Shown piece after piece: positions 22,077 to 34,260 of a DNA stretch of 64,000 bases; position 1 is the stretch's first letter; each line of letters begins with the position of its first letter. The notes beneath the pieces are model-generated. The model was not told the origin of the DNA. It saw only the letters and a program-made list of their open reading frames with translations, and ran no database searches. The stretch covers positions 1,426,001 through 1,490,000 of the forward strand of contig MU008167.1 in NCBI GenBank assembly GCA_010909165.1, written 5' to 3'. This stretch comes from Anthoceros angustus (lineage: Eukaryota; Plantae; Anthocerotophyta). The translations under genes and the position numbers were made by a program.

Positions 22077-22192
22077 GTCAAGCATCTTGCGCTTAGATCG
22101 GTACTTAGATGGGGTGCCTAGAGGGAGTGGATGCCCCTTGTGCAAGAAGCTTAGGCACCCCATGGTACAAGTTGTGAAGTACCAAGTCCCAT
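22077..22192. repeat. Dispersed ~95-115 bp repeat, copy A (copy B at ~55678-55797)
   Basis: gtactta.at..ggggtgc.ta.agggagtggatgccc.ttg.tgc.ag.agcttag.cac.cc.tggtacaagttgt..agtaccaagtcccat is shared, ~85% identity by eye. Confidence 0.8.
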
Positions 22193-25100
22193 GACGGATA
22201 ATTCCATCCAAAGTGGATTATAATAGACTTCTTCTCTTGATGCTATTATGGCGTTTTGTAGTAGTGAAGGGAGGGTTTCTCACCAGACTAGAAACAAAAG
22301 GGGATCATCTGGTCGGAATGAGATTCACGAGTAGCACATTCTCTCTATCAACCTCTACGTTTGTTCCTTCAATTTCATGTTAGACCATGTTCTTTTTTGA
22401 GTTGATTGAGCTTTCTTGGAAACTATGAAAGCAGGTATTTAATACTATTTTTTAACTTTGAGCGTTTGTGCGTTCTGAAATTCTGGGGCAAGGTCAATCG
22501 GGGATCCGGGAGACCTACCCGATTCTCAAGAGCCGAAAAAGAAGTAGGGGTCAAGTGCTCCACATCCGAGGAGAAACCGTTTTCAGACAAGACTTCAGCT
22601 ACGCTTCAGGATCTGTGCTTGCAGTGGCTACACTCCGCATTCGTGTAGCGAAAGGTGGATTCTGTTCGAAAGATTTCGTGGGAACAGGATACTCACCAGC
22701 AGGGGTGCGGCGCAAGCAGCTATATCTTGGAGTTACTGATGTTGTTCCGGTCTGCAACCTGGGGGCCTGTGCATGCTTGCAAAGTGTGGCAGCCTCTTAC
22801 TGGACGACGCCGGAGAGTGAATGACCCGGTCGCCTGCCTCCAAGGATGATGGCCTCCACAACTGGAAGCTTGTCTCGTCGCTTGCCAATCATCACAGGGT
22901 GAAATCCACATGGAGCAGGGAAACAGACGGCATGCATTACCAAGTCGATGTCCCAGGCCTGGCTCTCTTACCTGGCGGAGAAACGAGCTGCCAAGCATTG
23001 CGAATCCACCACCAGTCCCCTTGGGACTATGGCTGTCGCTGCTCACAAATGCATGCGAGCTTGCCCTAGGGCAGAAATTTATAGAAGCCATATCACAAGC
23101 TCGTGTCAAGCGAGCCTTCTTGCAAGGCTAGCACCGAGGTAGGAAAATTGGAAGCTCGTCTGCTCCGATTGCCTCAAGATTGTCAACCTCGCTTGCGGCG
23201 TGGTGTCAGGATGAAGGATCCGGTACCGCAAGCACGGCCAAGCATCAAACTGAAGGATCGCTGTCCCTGAGCAACGGCAGTGCCAGTTCAATCCTCCGAT
23301 CTTATAAAGTACGATATAAACAGGCCTTGCTACCTCACAAGCACTACGACTGCGGACAACGAGATCCTGCGGGAGAGATGCCGCAAGGAGAGCTGCTCAT
23401 CCCACCGCACGAGCAGCTAATTCAATTTCAGCACCGCACCGGGATCCAACTGACCGCAAGCTCAGACAAGCAGTGGAGTCACAGATACTCCCGTAACGAC
23501 TACACCGAGGTGATACGCACTCCAAATCCACGTCACCGGCGAGCCAGTACTTCTGCACAACGCTCACCAACGCACACAATCCGATCCAATCCAATCCGAT
23601 CCAATCCTCAGCAACATTGGCCGCACAATCCAAAAACCCGTCCGGATGCGCATCCGCATCCTGATCATCAACAAACTCCTTCTCAGCACGAAACTTGCAA
23701 GCAACGAAACCCTACGACACTGCCCGTGACGGCCCCGACCGGCTGAGGTCATCGCAAGTCGGCGTGCCGGCGCGCGAGTCAAGCCGGCTCATCGAATGCG
23801 CTTGACTGTGCGGCGACGAATGCGGCTCACCTGGACTGACCAGTGTCGCCATCTCTCCTTTCCAGAAGCTCGCGCCACCACGCAACAAGCGCAAGCTCCC
23901 TCGCGCCCGCTTCGCAGCGTCTCCGTAAGCGAGAATCTCCTCTCACGACCGGCGACCGTCAAGCGCGCACAGGCATCGCGCTCAGGCCCGCAGCGCAGCG
24001 CAGAGCAGCGCATCCCGCTCGTCAAGAGCTGTCCGATTTCGTCACGCGCCTCCAGCTACTCGCAATCATCTCCACGAGACGTCTCGGCCACCCCGCCCGC
24101 TCGCCACGGTCTCCAACCATTCGCCCCTGGCGGTGTCCGAATTCGCAAATTCACCTGAAACGCTGGACCTCGAACCAGCCAACCAGCTGCCAACCCCGAC
24201 TCCTCCCTTCCCCTGCCCTCCCCCTTCACGATCCACAAACCTACCGCATTCCCCATCAGCGACGCATGGGCGGCGTGCCGTATCCGAATCACACTGACAT
24301 CACTCCACACATGGCCGCTTGGTAACGTGCCGCCCTGCCCGCTCCCTCCCACAACATGCAGGTCCAGGGAGGCTCCCCGTCACGTCAATGTCTCGATAAC
24401 CATCGTCGAAACCCCGCCGCGAATAAACCACACGCCACTCCCCTTTTCTCATAAAATTCATTAAAGAAATCATATTTTACTTTACGCCACGCGCACTTTC
24501 CATAACCTCGACACTAAACAAAAACACACCCTTACGTCCACCTACACGACTCAAATCTAAAATCAAGTGAACTAAGGATTCCAGTCGCAGCCGCACTTTT
24601 CCATCGAGAAACGCGTCTTCCATTTCCTTCCACCTCCTTTCTCCCTCCCTTCTATTCTTGTTGTGAGCGTTAATTCGCAGTGTGTCATCTGTCAACCTTC
24701 CTCTATCCTTTCTTCCTTCCTGCTCCCCTCTTGGCGGCCCTGGAGTACTGCATCCCAAGTCTCCTCATCTCATGGCTTGCGTGCCCCACAAACCCCAAGT
24801 CAAATCGCCATCGCAGCATCAGCAGCTTCCTAAGCGTCCTCGTTCGCCTTCTTCACCCACCCCACACCCGCCCCGTCGTCTAATATACCTCATCACCAGA
24901 GTACCAGTGCATGTACTGCTACTGCTGCAGCCGGGCGGCGGGCTTTCGTCTCCGGGAATGAATCACACCCTTCCCGCTTTGCCAGCAGGGCTGTAAATCT
25001 GTCTCCTGTCTGTCGGCAGGCGCATCGCCGCGGGCTGCATAAATGCGCCTCCCTTCCCCTTCTTCCTTCACGTGTTGAATCCCGCGGAAATTCAGTTTCG

Positions 25101-25458
25101 TTAAACGAGTCGCCGACGCTAGCTGTTGCCGGCCGGGAGTTGGATCCAGCTCCGCTCCAAGGAGCCTGGAGGGCTGGCAGTGGCAGGGCACATTCTTGCT
25201 TTCCTCTGCCAGTTTCTGACAGTTTCCACGGCCGCTCCAAATTAACGTCTCCATTTGTACCACTTCTTTAATAAGTCGAGGCAGAGGACGGGCCCGGCAG
25301 CAGCAGGACCAGCTGTGCTCTGGGCGCGCATGAATTGCGATAGCGAGAGCCGTCCAGGTCCAGGACAGGCGCTCGGGTAGGTAGGCAGCGGCAAGGCTTG
25401 GATTTTGATTCGATTGAGTCGTCTCGTTGCGATTCGGAGCCCGGGTCCGGGAGGGAAG

Positions 25459-27444
25459 ATGAGCCAGGGGGTCTGGTGCGCGGCCGGGCTTGTGTTGTGC
25501 GCTGCGCTGCATTTGCTGGGGGTACGGGGGCAGTTTCTGCCGGTGACGCCTGGGAGCTTCCAGCTGCTGGTGGGTAATGGCGGGGTGTCGGCGATGCATA
25601 TGTTCCTCACCATAGCCAACACGGTGGTGCTGTTCGACCGGACGGATTACGGGCCGTCGCAGATTCTGCTGCCCAACGGGATGTGCAGGAACGACCCCAA
25701 GGATTTGGCGCTCACCGTGGACTGTTACGCGCATTCCGTGGAGCTGGACTTGGCCAGCAATGCTGTCAGGCCGCTCTTCATCTTCTCCGACACCTGGTGC
25801 TCTTCGGGGGCCACTGCTGCCAACGGGACGCTCATCCACACTGGAGGATACAACGACGGGGAGAAGGTGGGTGGGAGTGAGGAATCTCGCGTCTTGGAAA
25901 ACTTGCCTGCTCAAGTATGAGTGATGAAAGGTTCGTTGGAGCGTAAAGCAAATTGCATGGGCTGTCGGTGCAGGTTGTGAGGGAATTCACACCTTGTTCA
26001 GATGGGACTTGCGACTGGGTCGAGCTTCCGGCTTCGAAGGCGCAGCTTGCAGTCAAGAGGTGGTACGCTACCAACCATATCCTCCCGGACGGCAAGTCCA
26101 GCATCGTGGTGGGAGGGACCGGGGCCTTCAGCTACGAATTTGTGCCCAGGCCGGCCGGCCAGGGGCCCATCAACTTCCCCTTCTTGAGGCAGACCAATGT
26201 GCAGGGCGTGCAGAATAACCTGTACCCGTTTGTGCTTCTCATGCCTGATGGGAACCTCTTCATCTTTGCCAACAACGAGTCCATCGCCTTCAACTACAAA
26301 ACCAACACGGTGAGTGAGGATTGCAGTATGGGTTGTACGTGATTCCCTCCTTCCCAATTCAGAGAACGCTGGCAGGATTAGAGTACAGAGGATTAGATGA
26401 TCTGATGATGCACCCCGGTGGAAGCAGGTGGTGAGGACGTACCCGGTGTTGAACAGCGGTGGAGGGGGCAGAAACTATCCTTCTACAGGGAGCGCCGTGT
26501 TGCTTCCGTTGCTGGCAAGACAGGGCTTCTCCAGAGCTGAGGTGTTGGTGTGCGGGGGAGCTCCGGTTCAGGCTTACCAGCAGGCCAACAAGAAGGTGTT
26601 CGTGCCAGCTCTGACCGATTGCGGGAGGCTCACAATCACGGACCCGAATCCCGCCTGGAGAATCGAGACCATGCCCACCTCGTGGGTGATGATGGACATG
26701 CTTCTGCTGCCCACGCAGGAGGTTCTCATGATCAATGGGGCTGCTCTCGGGGTTGCAGGCTGGGGCCTGGCAGAGAATCCTGTCCTCAGACCTGCACTCT
26801 ACAGACCCAATGGCTCTTTCGGCTCCAGATTCACTGTAAGCTAAGCTGCTGCTTCAGTCTGCTTCTGTTGTTTAGTTGCCTTCACTTCTCCAGCAATTGC
26901 ATGTCTGAAGTGACGTGTTGTGATTCTGTTTCGAATGTGGCAGACTCTGGGAGCAACCACCATCCCAAGGATGTATCACTCTACAGCGGTGCTGCTGCCC
27001 GACACCCGCGTGCTGGTGGGCGGGTCCAACACGCATGCCGGCTATGTCTTCACCGGGAAGTATCCTACCGAGCTCAGGCTGGAAGCCTACTCTCCCTATT
27101 ACCTGGATGCGGGACATGACAACCTGCGGCCCAGCATTACCAGCCTGTCCACAACTACAGCAGCATATGGCAGCAGCGTCACAGTCACCTTCTCTCTGGC
27201 AACCATTCCCAATTTCAGGTTCGCGGTCACCTTGTACCATCCGCCCTTCACAACCCATTCCTTCGGCCAGGGTCAAAGGCTGCTCATGTTGGCAAACACC
27301 ACCCCTGTTTCAGCCGGGGGTGGAGTGTACACCACCACTGTCACAGTTCCAGACAACAATGTCCATGCCCCTGCAGGCTACCATCTCCTGTTCCTCGTCA
27401 ATTCTGGTGTGCCCAGCGCAGGAGCCTGGCTGCAGCTTGCTTAA
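25459..27444 (+). CDS. GLOX: Secreted glyoxal/galactose oxidase-like copper radical oxidase (AA5); exons 25459-25866, 25974-26309, 26428-26835, 26944-27444; ~550 aa
   Basis: Signal peptide, GVSAMHM, FDRTDYGPS, DTWCSSG (Cys), KRWYA (Tyr), PRMYHS (Tyr-His), TTHSF (His). Three phase-0 GT-AG introns give an open spliced frame. Confidence 0.93.
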
Positions 27445-28764
27445 CTTCAGCTCACACCTTGACACTATGCATCTCAGCTGAAGGCTCGCAGATCAGCTGG
27501 GCACAGGGAAACTACCTGCCTTGGCTGTCAGTCAGGATCACAAAACCAACGATTTGGTTTTGCGATCAAACCCTGTGCTTGGTCTTCGGCTGGATCACTT
27601 ACACAACTGCTCTACCTTTGTGACAACTTGAACCACTTTTATGTTCAAGATTGGTATTAGTTACCAACATATATCCCTGGTTGTTGGAGAGTCTCTAGGA
27701 CATCAACAGGCCTCCAGGAATCAGGAAATTTATGATGGAAGATGATCAGAAGATCAGAACCATGCGAATCCCTACTATTGTAGGGTAGTAGGCTCCAGCA
27801 GCATTTTTTCAGCGTGCTGGCAATTTTGGAGTCACCCCATTTCTTGTAGCCAGTAAGGCCATCCCTGCCACCATAAAAGCAATTCATACATTTGTCGTGG
27901 CCTGGACAATTGTTCACGTGAAGTAAACGACAGTCAGTCAAGACAGCCCGCATGTTACGTGACACATGTAACCCATAAAACAGACAGACTGCGCGTGCAA
28001 GAGTGTGCAGCGTGGATGCCCTCTGCATGTACGTGTTCTTACATGGAACCTGCTACTTCCAGCTTGACTTGCTATGTTCCACTTCGCGGCTGCCGTCCCA
28101 CGCCATTGGCCACGGCCGGTGAATCGAACTCCACAGCTCACTGCGATGACACCACGTCCCACGCACATGGTCTTCCAACAGTGTGCCAAGTTGCCAGCTG
28201 CCTTCTGCAAAGCTCGTCAGCTCACTTTTCTGCTGCCGTCTAATAAGCATTTCCAGAATGGACAAGCTTGCGTGTTCTTTTCACTACATGTTTTCTCCTT
28301 GCAAAAGCACAGACTGGTTTACACACTGATCCACAAAGCACAGAGCAAGTTGTGATCAGAAACTTTATACGGAGTGAGAATTTCCGAGAGGGAGGTTAAT
28401 TTTGGAGGACAGGGAAGGAGGAGGACGATAAGAGCATCAGACGCTTAAACCTGGCTCTTTTGCATTTCAAATAGCAGACAACCATACAGCTTCTGCAAAC
28501 ATCTGTCTCAACATACGTCATCCCTTGCAAGACACATACCACGCTGAAAAACTTCGCCGCAAGCTGACAGTGCGCGGAGCCGTCTGCTACCCTGAATGAC
28601 CCCCACTACAGCAGTGTACAACCTCACAAGCCCAGGGCATGCTACAAACAACCAACAACCGATCCTTCAGCTGTCCGTGGGACATGCAAAACGTCCCGAG
28701 ATCAGACTTGCTGAGCAGCCTGCCACAAGACCTGGAGAGGAAAGAGGCAAGTTGTCCAATCCGG

Positions 28765-29442
<678 letters not shown>

Positions 29443-29588
29443 TCACAGCGATGGCGTTCGTCCACACACTGACTGGCCTCCGGAGCGGAAATTCACCAAG
29501 CCCTAGAAAAGCCCTAAAATGCGAATTCCGCCAGAATTCGTCCTCTATCCGGAACTCCATTTCCCATCAGAATTGAAGGGCCGAGAAG

Positions 29589-32500
29589 ATGGAAAATCGA
29601 GGAATCTCGATCCTTCAAGTGTCAGACGCTCTTGATGGGCGATGGCATGCTTCTGTCGGGGGCGGTGGAATTCTGTCAGTCAGAGGGGAAGCTCGTCCAG
29701 GAGACTGTCTGGCTGCAGATGGATCCTGCAGGGAGGCTCGTCGGCAGGGAAATTCGTGGAGACGATTTTTTCGGGACCCTGCGCTTTGTTGGGACTACAG
29801 GCAAAGGAAGAACAACCTCAGATCGTCTGAGTTCCGGCACTGGCAGCCCCAAGAGGTTCTCTGGTTGAACAAGTCGTACAAGCCAACAGCTTGGGTGGAT
29901 GTGGAGCTTTGTGCTTTGGACAGGGAGATTGTGCATTGTGTCTCCGACTGGCCTGACCCTCGGAGGCCTGGAGCTTACGATAAGGGTGTAATGGCTGAGA
30001 CAGTGAGGAAGCTATGTGATGGGGGCCTTCTCACGGAGGCTGTTGAAGCTTTGGGAATTTTGGTGCAGACGGACATCTGTCTTTCCAAATTTCTCTTCTA
30101 TGCTGTACTGAAGCAGTGTGTGGTCAAGAGGGATGTTGTTCTGGGGAGCCGAGTGCATGCTTTCACGGTGAGGAAGGGGTATGAATCAGATACGTTTCTG
30201 GGCAACCACATTCTGCGAATGTATGCTTCTCATGGCAGGTTGCAGGACGCAATGAATGTGTTCGAAGCTGTTGCTGAACCGGATGCCTTTATGTGGTCTT
30301 CTATAATATCCGCGCATGTGAAGCTCGGGCAAGACAAGCAGGCGATACTTTTGTACCAGCGGACGCGGGGATCCAGTGTGATGCCAGATGGGCATGTTTT
30401 TGTGGCAGCGCTTCAAGCTTGTGCGAGGGCTGGGGACTTGAAAACCGGACAGCAGGTGCACGCTGATGTGTTGGTCAGTGGCTTGGAGTCTGACTTGTTT
30501 GTTGGTAACGGCTTGGTAAACATGTATGCAAAGTGTGGCAGCTTGGAGGACGCTCAGGGAGTGTTTGACGCACTTGGTAAAAAAAATGTGGTGACGTGGA
30601 ATGCCATAATAGGAGGGTATTCCCAGCAGGGTATGGGTCACCAGGCCCTGCGTCTCTACTGTGCTATGCAAGAGGAAGGGCTGATTGTACCCAATTCCGT
30701 GACATTTGTGTGCCTCCTTCAGGCATGTGCAAGTGTTGGCACCTCAGCGTTGGGGAAGGGGAAGCAGCTTCATGCCCAAATCAGACAACTAGGACATGAA
30801 GCCGATGGGTTTGTTGCCAACAGTTTGCTGAACATGTACGCGAAGTGTGGCAGCTTAGAAGATGCTTGGAGAGTGTTTGACGTCCTTGGTCAGAAAGATG
30901 TGGTGATGTGGAATGCCTTGATAGCAGGGTATGTCCAGCAAGACAGGCACCAGGAAGCCCTTAGTCTTTACAGTGTGATGCTACAAGAGGGCGTGGCTGT
31001 ACCCAATTCCGTAACATTTGTTTGCCTCCTCCAAGCATGTGCAAGTTTGGGCACACCCGCTTTGGGGAAGGGGAAACAGCTTCATGTGCACATCAGAGAA
31101 CAGGGGCATCAAGGTGATGCCTTTGTAGGCAGCAGTTTGGTGAACATGTATGCCAAGTGCGGTAGCTTAGAACATGCGCTCAGAGTGTTCAACGGGCTTG
31201 GTCAGAAGCATGTGGTGACGTGGACTACCATGATAGCAGGGTATGCCCAGCAGGGTATGGGGCTGGAAGCCCTTCGTCTTTACAGTGCTATGCAAGAGGA
31301 AGGCATGGCTGTACCTGATTCCGTGACATTTGTTTGCCTCTTGCAAGCATGTGCCAGTGTGGGTACCCAGGCTTTAGAGAAGGGTAAGCAGCTTCATTTG
31401 CAAATCAGGGAACTAGGATACCAAACTGATGTCTTTGTAGCGAACACTTTGGTGAACATGTACGCAAAGTGTGGTAGCTTGGAAGATGCTGAGATATTAT
31501 TTGACGGACTTGTTCAGAAAGATGTGGTAACGTGGACTGCCATGATAGCAGGGTATTCCCAACAGGGCATGGGGCACAAAGCCCTTTGTATTTACAGTGC
31601 TATGCAACAAGAAGGCATGGCTGTGCCTGATGCTGTGACGTTTGTGTGCCTCCTACAGGCATGTGCAAGTGTCGGCACCCCAGCCCTGGAGAAGGGCAAG
31701 CAGCTTCATACTCTAATCAGGGAACTAGGACATGAAGCTGATGAGTTCTTAGCCAACAGTTTGGTTAACATGTATTCAAAGTGTGGCAGCTTGGAAGACG
31801 CTCAAAGAGTATTTGATCGGCTTGGTCAAAAAGATGTGGCTACGTGGAATGTTATGATAGCTGGGTATTCTCAGCAGGGTATGGGGCAGGAAGCTCTTCG
31901 CCTCTATAGCAGTATGCAAAAAGAAAGCATGGCTGTGCCTGATACTGTGACATTCATGTGCCTCCTACAGGCATGCGCCAATGTGTCAGCTTTATATCTT
32001 GGTAGGCAGCTACATGCACAGATTGTAGAACAAGGGCTTCAGGCTGATGTGTGTGTAGCCGGCAGTTTGATACACATGTATGGAAAGTCCGGGAGCACAG
32101 TTGATGCACAGCTCGTCTTTGATGCCCTGCTTCAACGAGACTTAGTTGCCTGGAATGCACTCATTGCCGGCTACACCTGTCAAGGAGACAGTGAAGTGGT
32201 CTTCGGCTTGATTCAGAAAATGAGAGAGGATGGCATACAGCCAAACAGTGTCACATTCCTTAGTGTACTAACAGTGTGTAGTCATGCAGGTCTAGTGATC
32301 AAGGGGTGGGAGTACTTTGAGGCCATGGGCAGAAATTACGGCATAGCTCCCACAGAGAACCATTACACTTGCATGGTGGATATCCTGGGTCGTGTTGGAC
32401 AACTGGATGAGGCTTTGCGTCTTGTCAAGTCAATGCCCACACCACCAAGTATTGCAATTTGGCACACTCTGCTGGGTGCTTGTCAGAAATGGAGCAATGT

Positions 32501-32945
32501 GGAGGTCGCGATCCATGCTTTCAATGAAGCAGTGAAGCTAGACAAAAAAGATGCCACAGCATATGTGTTGATGTCAAACACGTACACCGGTGCCCAGATG
32601 TGGAAGCAGGCACATAAGATGCATGTACAGAGAAAGCTATTCAGGGCATGGAAGCAGCCTGGTCAGAGCTGGTGGACAGACAACGGCGGACTGGTCCATA
32701 GTTTTTTGGTGGGGGATGAGAAGCATCCCCAGAGCCAAGGAAGGGTGAGGCAGGTATTTCCTAACATGAAGACAAAAGAATCTGTTCCGCACCTCAAGTC
32801 ATCACCGACTGCAATATCTTCTGATAGGAAGGAATATTGTTCGTTTGGGCACAGCCTGAAGCTAGATCTTGCATTTTCCCGAAGGAACGTACTCGATGGT
32901 ACCACCATAATCACAGTGAAAGATATACGACTTTACTTATGTTGA
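29589..32945 (+). CDS. PLS-class PPR RNA-editing factor with E1/E2 and a degenerate, truncated DYW:WW-type domain, intronless, 1118 aa
   Basis: Repeated P-L-S triplets (VVTWNA.I.GY / VTFVCLLQAC / NSLVNMYAKCG). P2-L2-S2 (HYTCMVDILGRVG) and E motifs follow, then WKQPGQSWWTD..VHSFLVGDEKHP and GHSLKLDLAF; the ORF ends before CxxC/DYW. Confidence 0.93.
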   Translation: MENRGISILQVSDALDGRWHASVGGGGILSVRGEARPGDCLAADGSCREARRQGNSWRRFFRDPALCWDYRQRKNNLRSSEFRHWQPQEVLWLNKSYKPTAWVDVELCALDREIVHCVSDWPDPRRPGAYDKGVMAETVRKLCDGGLLTEAVEALGILVQTDICLSKFLFYAVLKQCVVKRDVVLGSRVHAFTVRKGYESDTFLGNHILRMYASHGRLQDAMNVFEAVAEPDAFMWSSIISAHVKLGQDKQAILLYQRTRGSSVMPDGHVFVAALQACARAGDLKTGQQVHADVLVSGLESDLFVGNGLVNMYAKCGSLEDAQGVFDALGKKNVVTWNAIIGGYSQQGMGHQALRLYCAMQEEGLIVPNSVTFVCLLQACASVGTSALGKGKQLHAQIRQLGHEADGFVANSLLNMYAKCGSLEDAWRVFDVLGQKDVVMWNALIAGYVQQDRHQEALSLYSVMLQEGVAVPNSVTFVCLLQACASLGTPALGKGKQLHVHIREQGHQGDAFVGSSLVNMYAKCGSLEHALRVFNGLGQKHVVTWTTMIAGYAQQGMGLEALRLYSAMQEEGMAVPDSVTFVCLLQACASVGTQALEKGKQLHLQIRELGYQTDVFVANTLVNMYAKCGSLEDAEILFDGLVQKDVVTWTAMIAGYSQQGMGHKALCIYSAMQQEGMAVPDAVTFVCLLQACASVGTPALEKGKQLHTLIRELGHEADEFLANSLVNMYSKCGSLEDAQRVFDRLGQKDVATWNVMIAGYSQQGMGQEALRLYSSMQKESMAVPDTVTFMCLLQACANVSALYLGRQLHAQIVEQGLQADVCVAGSLIHMYGKSGSTVDAQLVFDALLQRDLVAWNALIAGYTCQGDSEVVFGLIQKMREDGIQPNSVTFLSVLTVCSHAGLVIKGWEYFEAMGRNYGIAPTENHYTCMVDILGRVGQLDEALRLVKSMPTPPSIAIWHTLLGACQKWSNVEVAIHAFNEAVKLDKKDATAYVLMSNTYTGAQMWKQAHKMHVQRKLFRAWKQPGQSWWTDNGGLVHSFLVGDEKHPQSQGRVRQVFPNMKTKESVPHLKSSPTAISSDRKEYCSFGHSLKLDLAFSRRNVLDGTTIITVKDIRLYLC

Positions 32946-33514
32946 TTGTGCAACGTATCAGAGGAGCGACCGATCACCTGCAGACATGCAATTCGGATGC
33001 TAACTGTGCAGGGTCGAGAATGGTGGTGCAACGGCCGCTGGTACTGAATCCTAAACCCTAAATCCGCTCTGTTCTAATCGTTTGTGCAGGAACAGGACCT
33101 ATTTATCTACGATAGCAGGGATTCCTCAGTAGGGAGATCATCAGGCGAAGATATCGATATATCATCGACGCCCACCGCACACCGATCAACGAAGTTTTCG
33201 CTCCATATAACCCCTTATTCGTACCCTTTACAGAGAACCAAGCCGAATGCTTCGTGAATTCTAATTACTTTCTGCCCAATGAACCTATATCTTAATAAAT
33301 ATCGCATGCCTCGTGAACTCTAACTGGTCTGCCAAATGCACGGCAGAACGAACACTGCACATGGACAAGCTCGTAAGTTGAGACTTGTCTACAATTCTAT
33401 CAAATTACAAAATTAAAAAACCAAACTGGTCTAGAATTTGTGAATTAAAGATCGGGTAACATTTTACATTAATAAGCAAATCTCCTTACTTTACCATTAG
33501 AAGAAGTATATTAC

Positions 33515-33611
33515 GGTCCACTAAGAATGGCGTACCGGTCAACTAAGAATGGAGTACCGGTCCGCTAAGAATGGAGTACATGGAGTACCGGTCCACTAAA
33601 AATGGAGTACC
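33515..33611 (+). repeat. 22-bp tandem repeat GGTCCACTAAGAATGGAGTACC x4, with a 9-bp internal slip
   Basis: Units at 33515, 33537, 33559 and 33590. Confidence 0.9.
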
Positions 33612-33619
33612 ATTGATGA

Positions 33620-34260
33620 AACACAAATAAAGCAGGTTGCATTTGGATTACAAAAGCTATGCACCAAGAGATTCTTCATGCTGGAGTAAAAATGGGCGTG
33701 CCCAGTGTTGCCATGAGGCATTCATTAGCATCTCGTCTGTCATCATGGACATTGGTGGAGCGGATTACCTCACAGCAAAGTGAGAATAGTTGGAGAAACA
33801 TCGACCCTCTATACTCTCGTTGTCCATACGAGAGCCAACTATCTCATAGCAAAGTTGGAATGGTCGGAGCAATCAATATGGAGAAACATCGATCCTCTAT
33901 GCTCTCATTGTTTGTGTAAGATGTGACCCTATTTCAATAAGTCCATCACATAAATTTTGTCAATCTCGTAGCGTTATGTGTTTCAAGAGGTTTGCAATTT
34001 GCATCTCATACTCTGCTCCTAAGTCACTCTCTGCCACTCATTTGACTAACATGCAAATAATTTGGCTAGCATGTAGAAGGTTATATAGTCAGGAGGAAAA
34101 TTTGGTGACTCTATGAAAAGCCTGAAAGAATCAAAATGAACCCTGCAGCTTGGACTCCATCAAGAAGTAGGTACGAGAGCTCCTCCATCCTTGAGCATAA
34201 ATGAGGCAGATGGCATTTGGATTACAAACGCCATATCAAGTAAATATTATATCTTGCATC
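33620..34260 (+). mobile_element. Highly decayed Ty3/Gypsy reverse-transcriptase relic (tentative)
   Basis: PSRSRYESSSILEHK*GRWHLDYK (~34155-34230) resembles PSKSP...KKDG..R.C.DYR. RNIDPLYSR resembles KNRYPLPRI. Locally duplicated segments. Confidence 0.35.

Noticed and set aside
24919-25914. Long antisense ORFs over real genes (also 28639-29472, 40292-41323, 51136-51888)
   Set aside because: Shadows of GC-rich codon usage on the opposite strand; no recognisable domains.
32943-33045. Stop-codon read-through or U-to-C recoding of UGA restoring a C-x-x-C and 33 more codons
   Set aside because: The TGA is better explained as an out-of-frame reading of the GTT GAT TGT relic after a 4-bp slip. 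The catalytic Glu is lost anyway, and such editing is known only for organellar RNAs.
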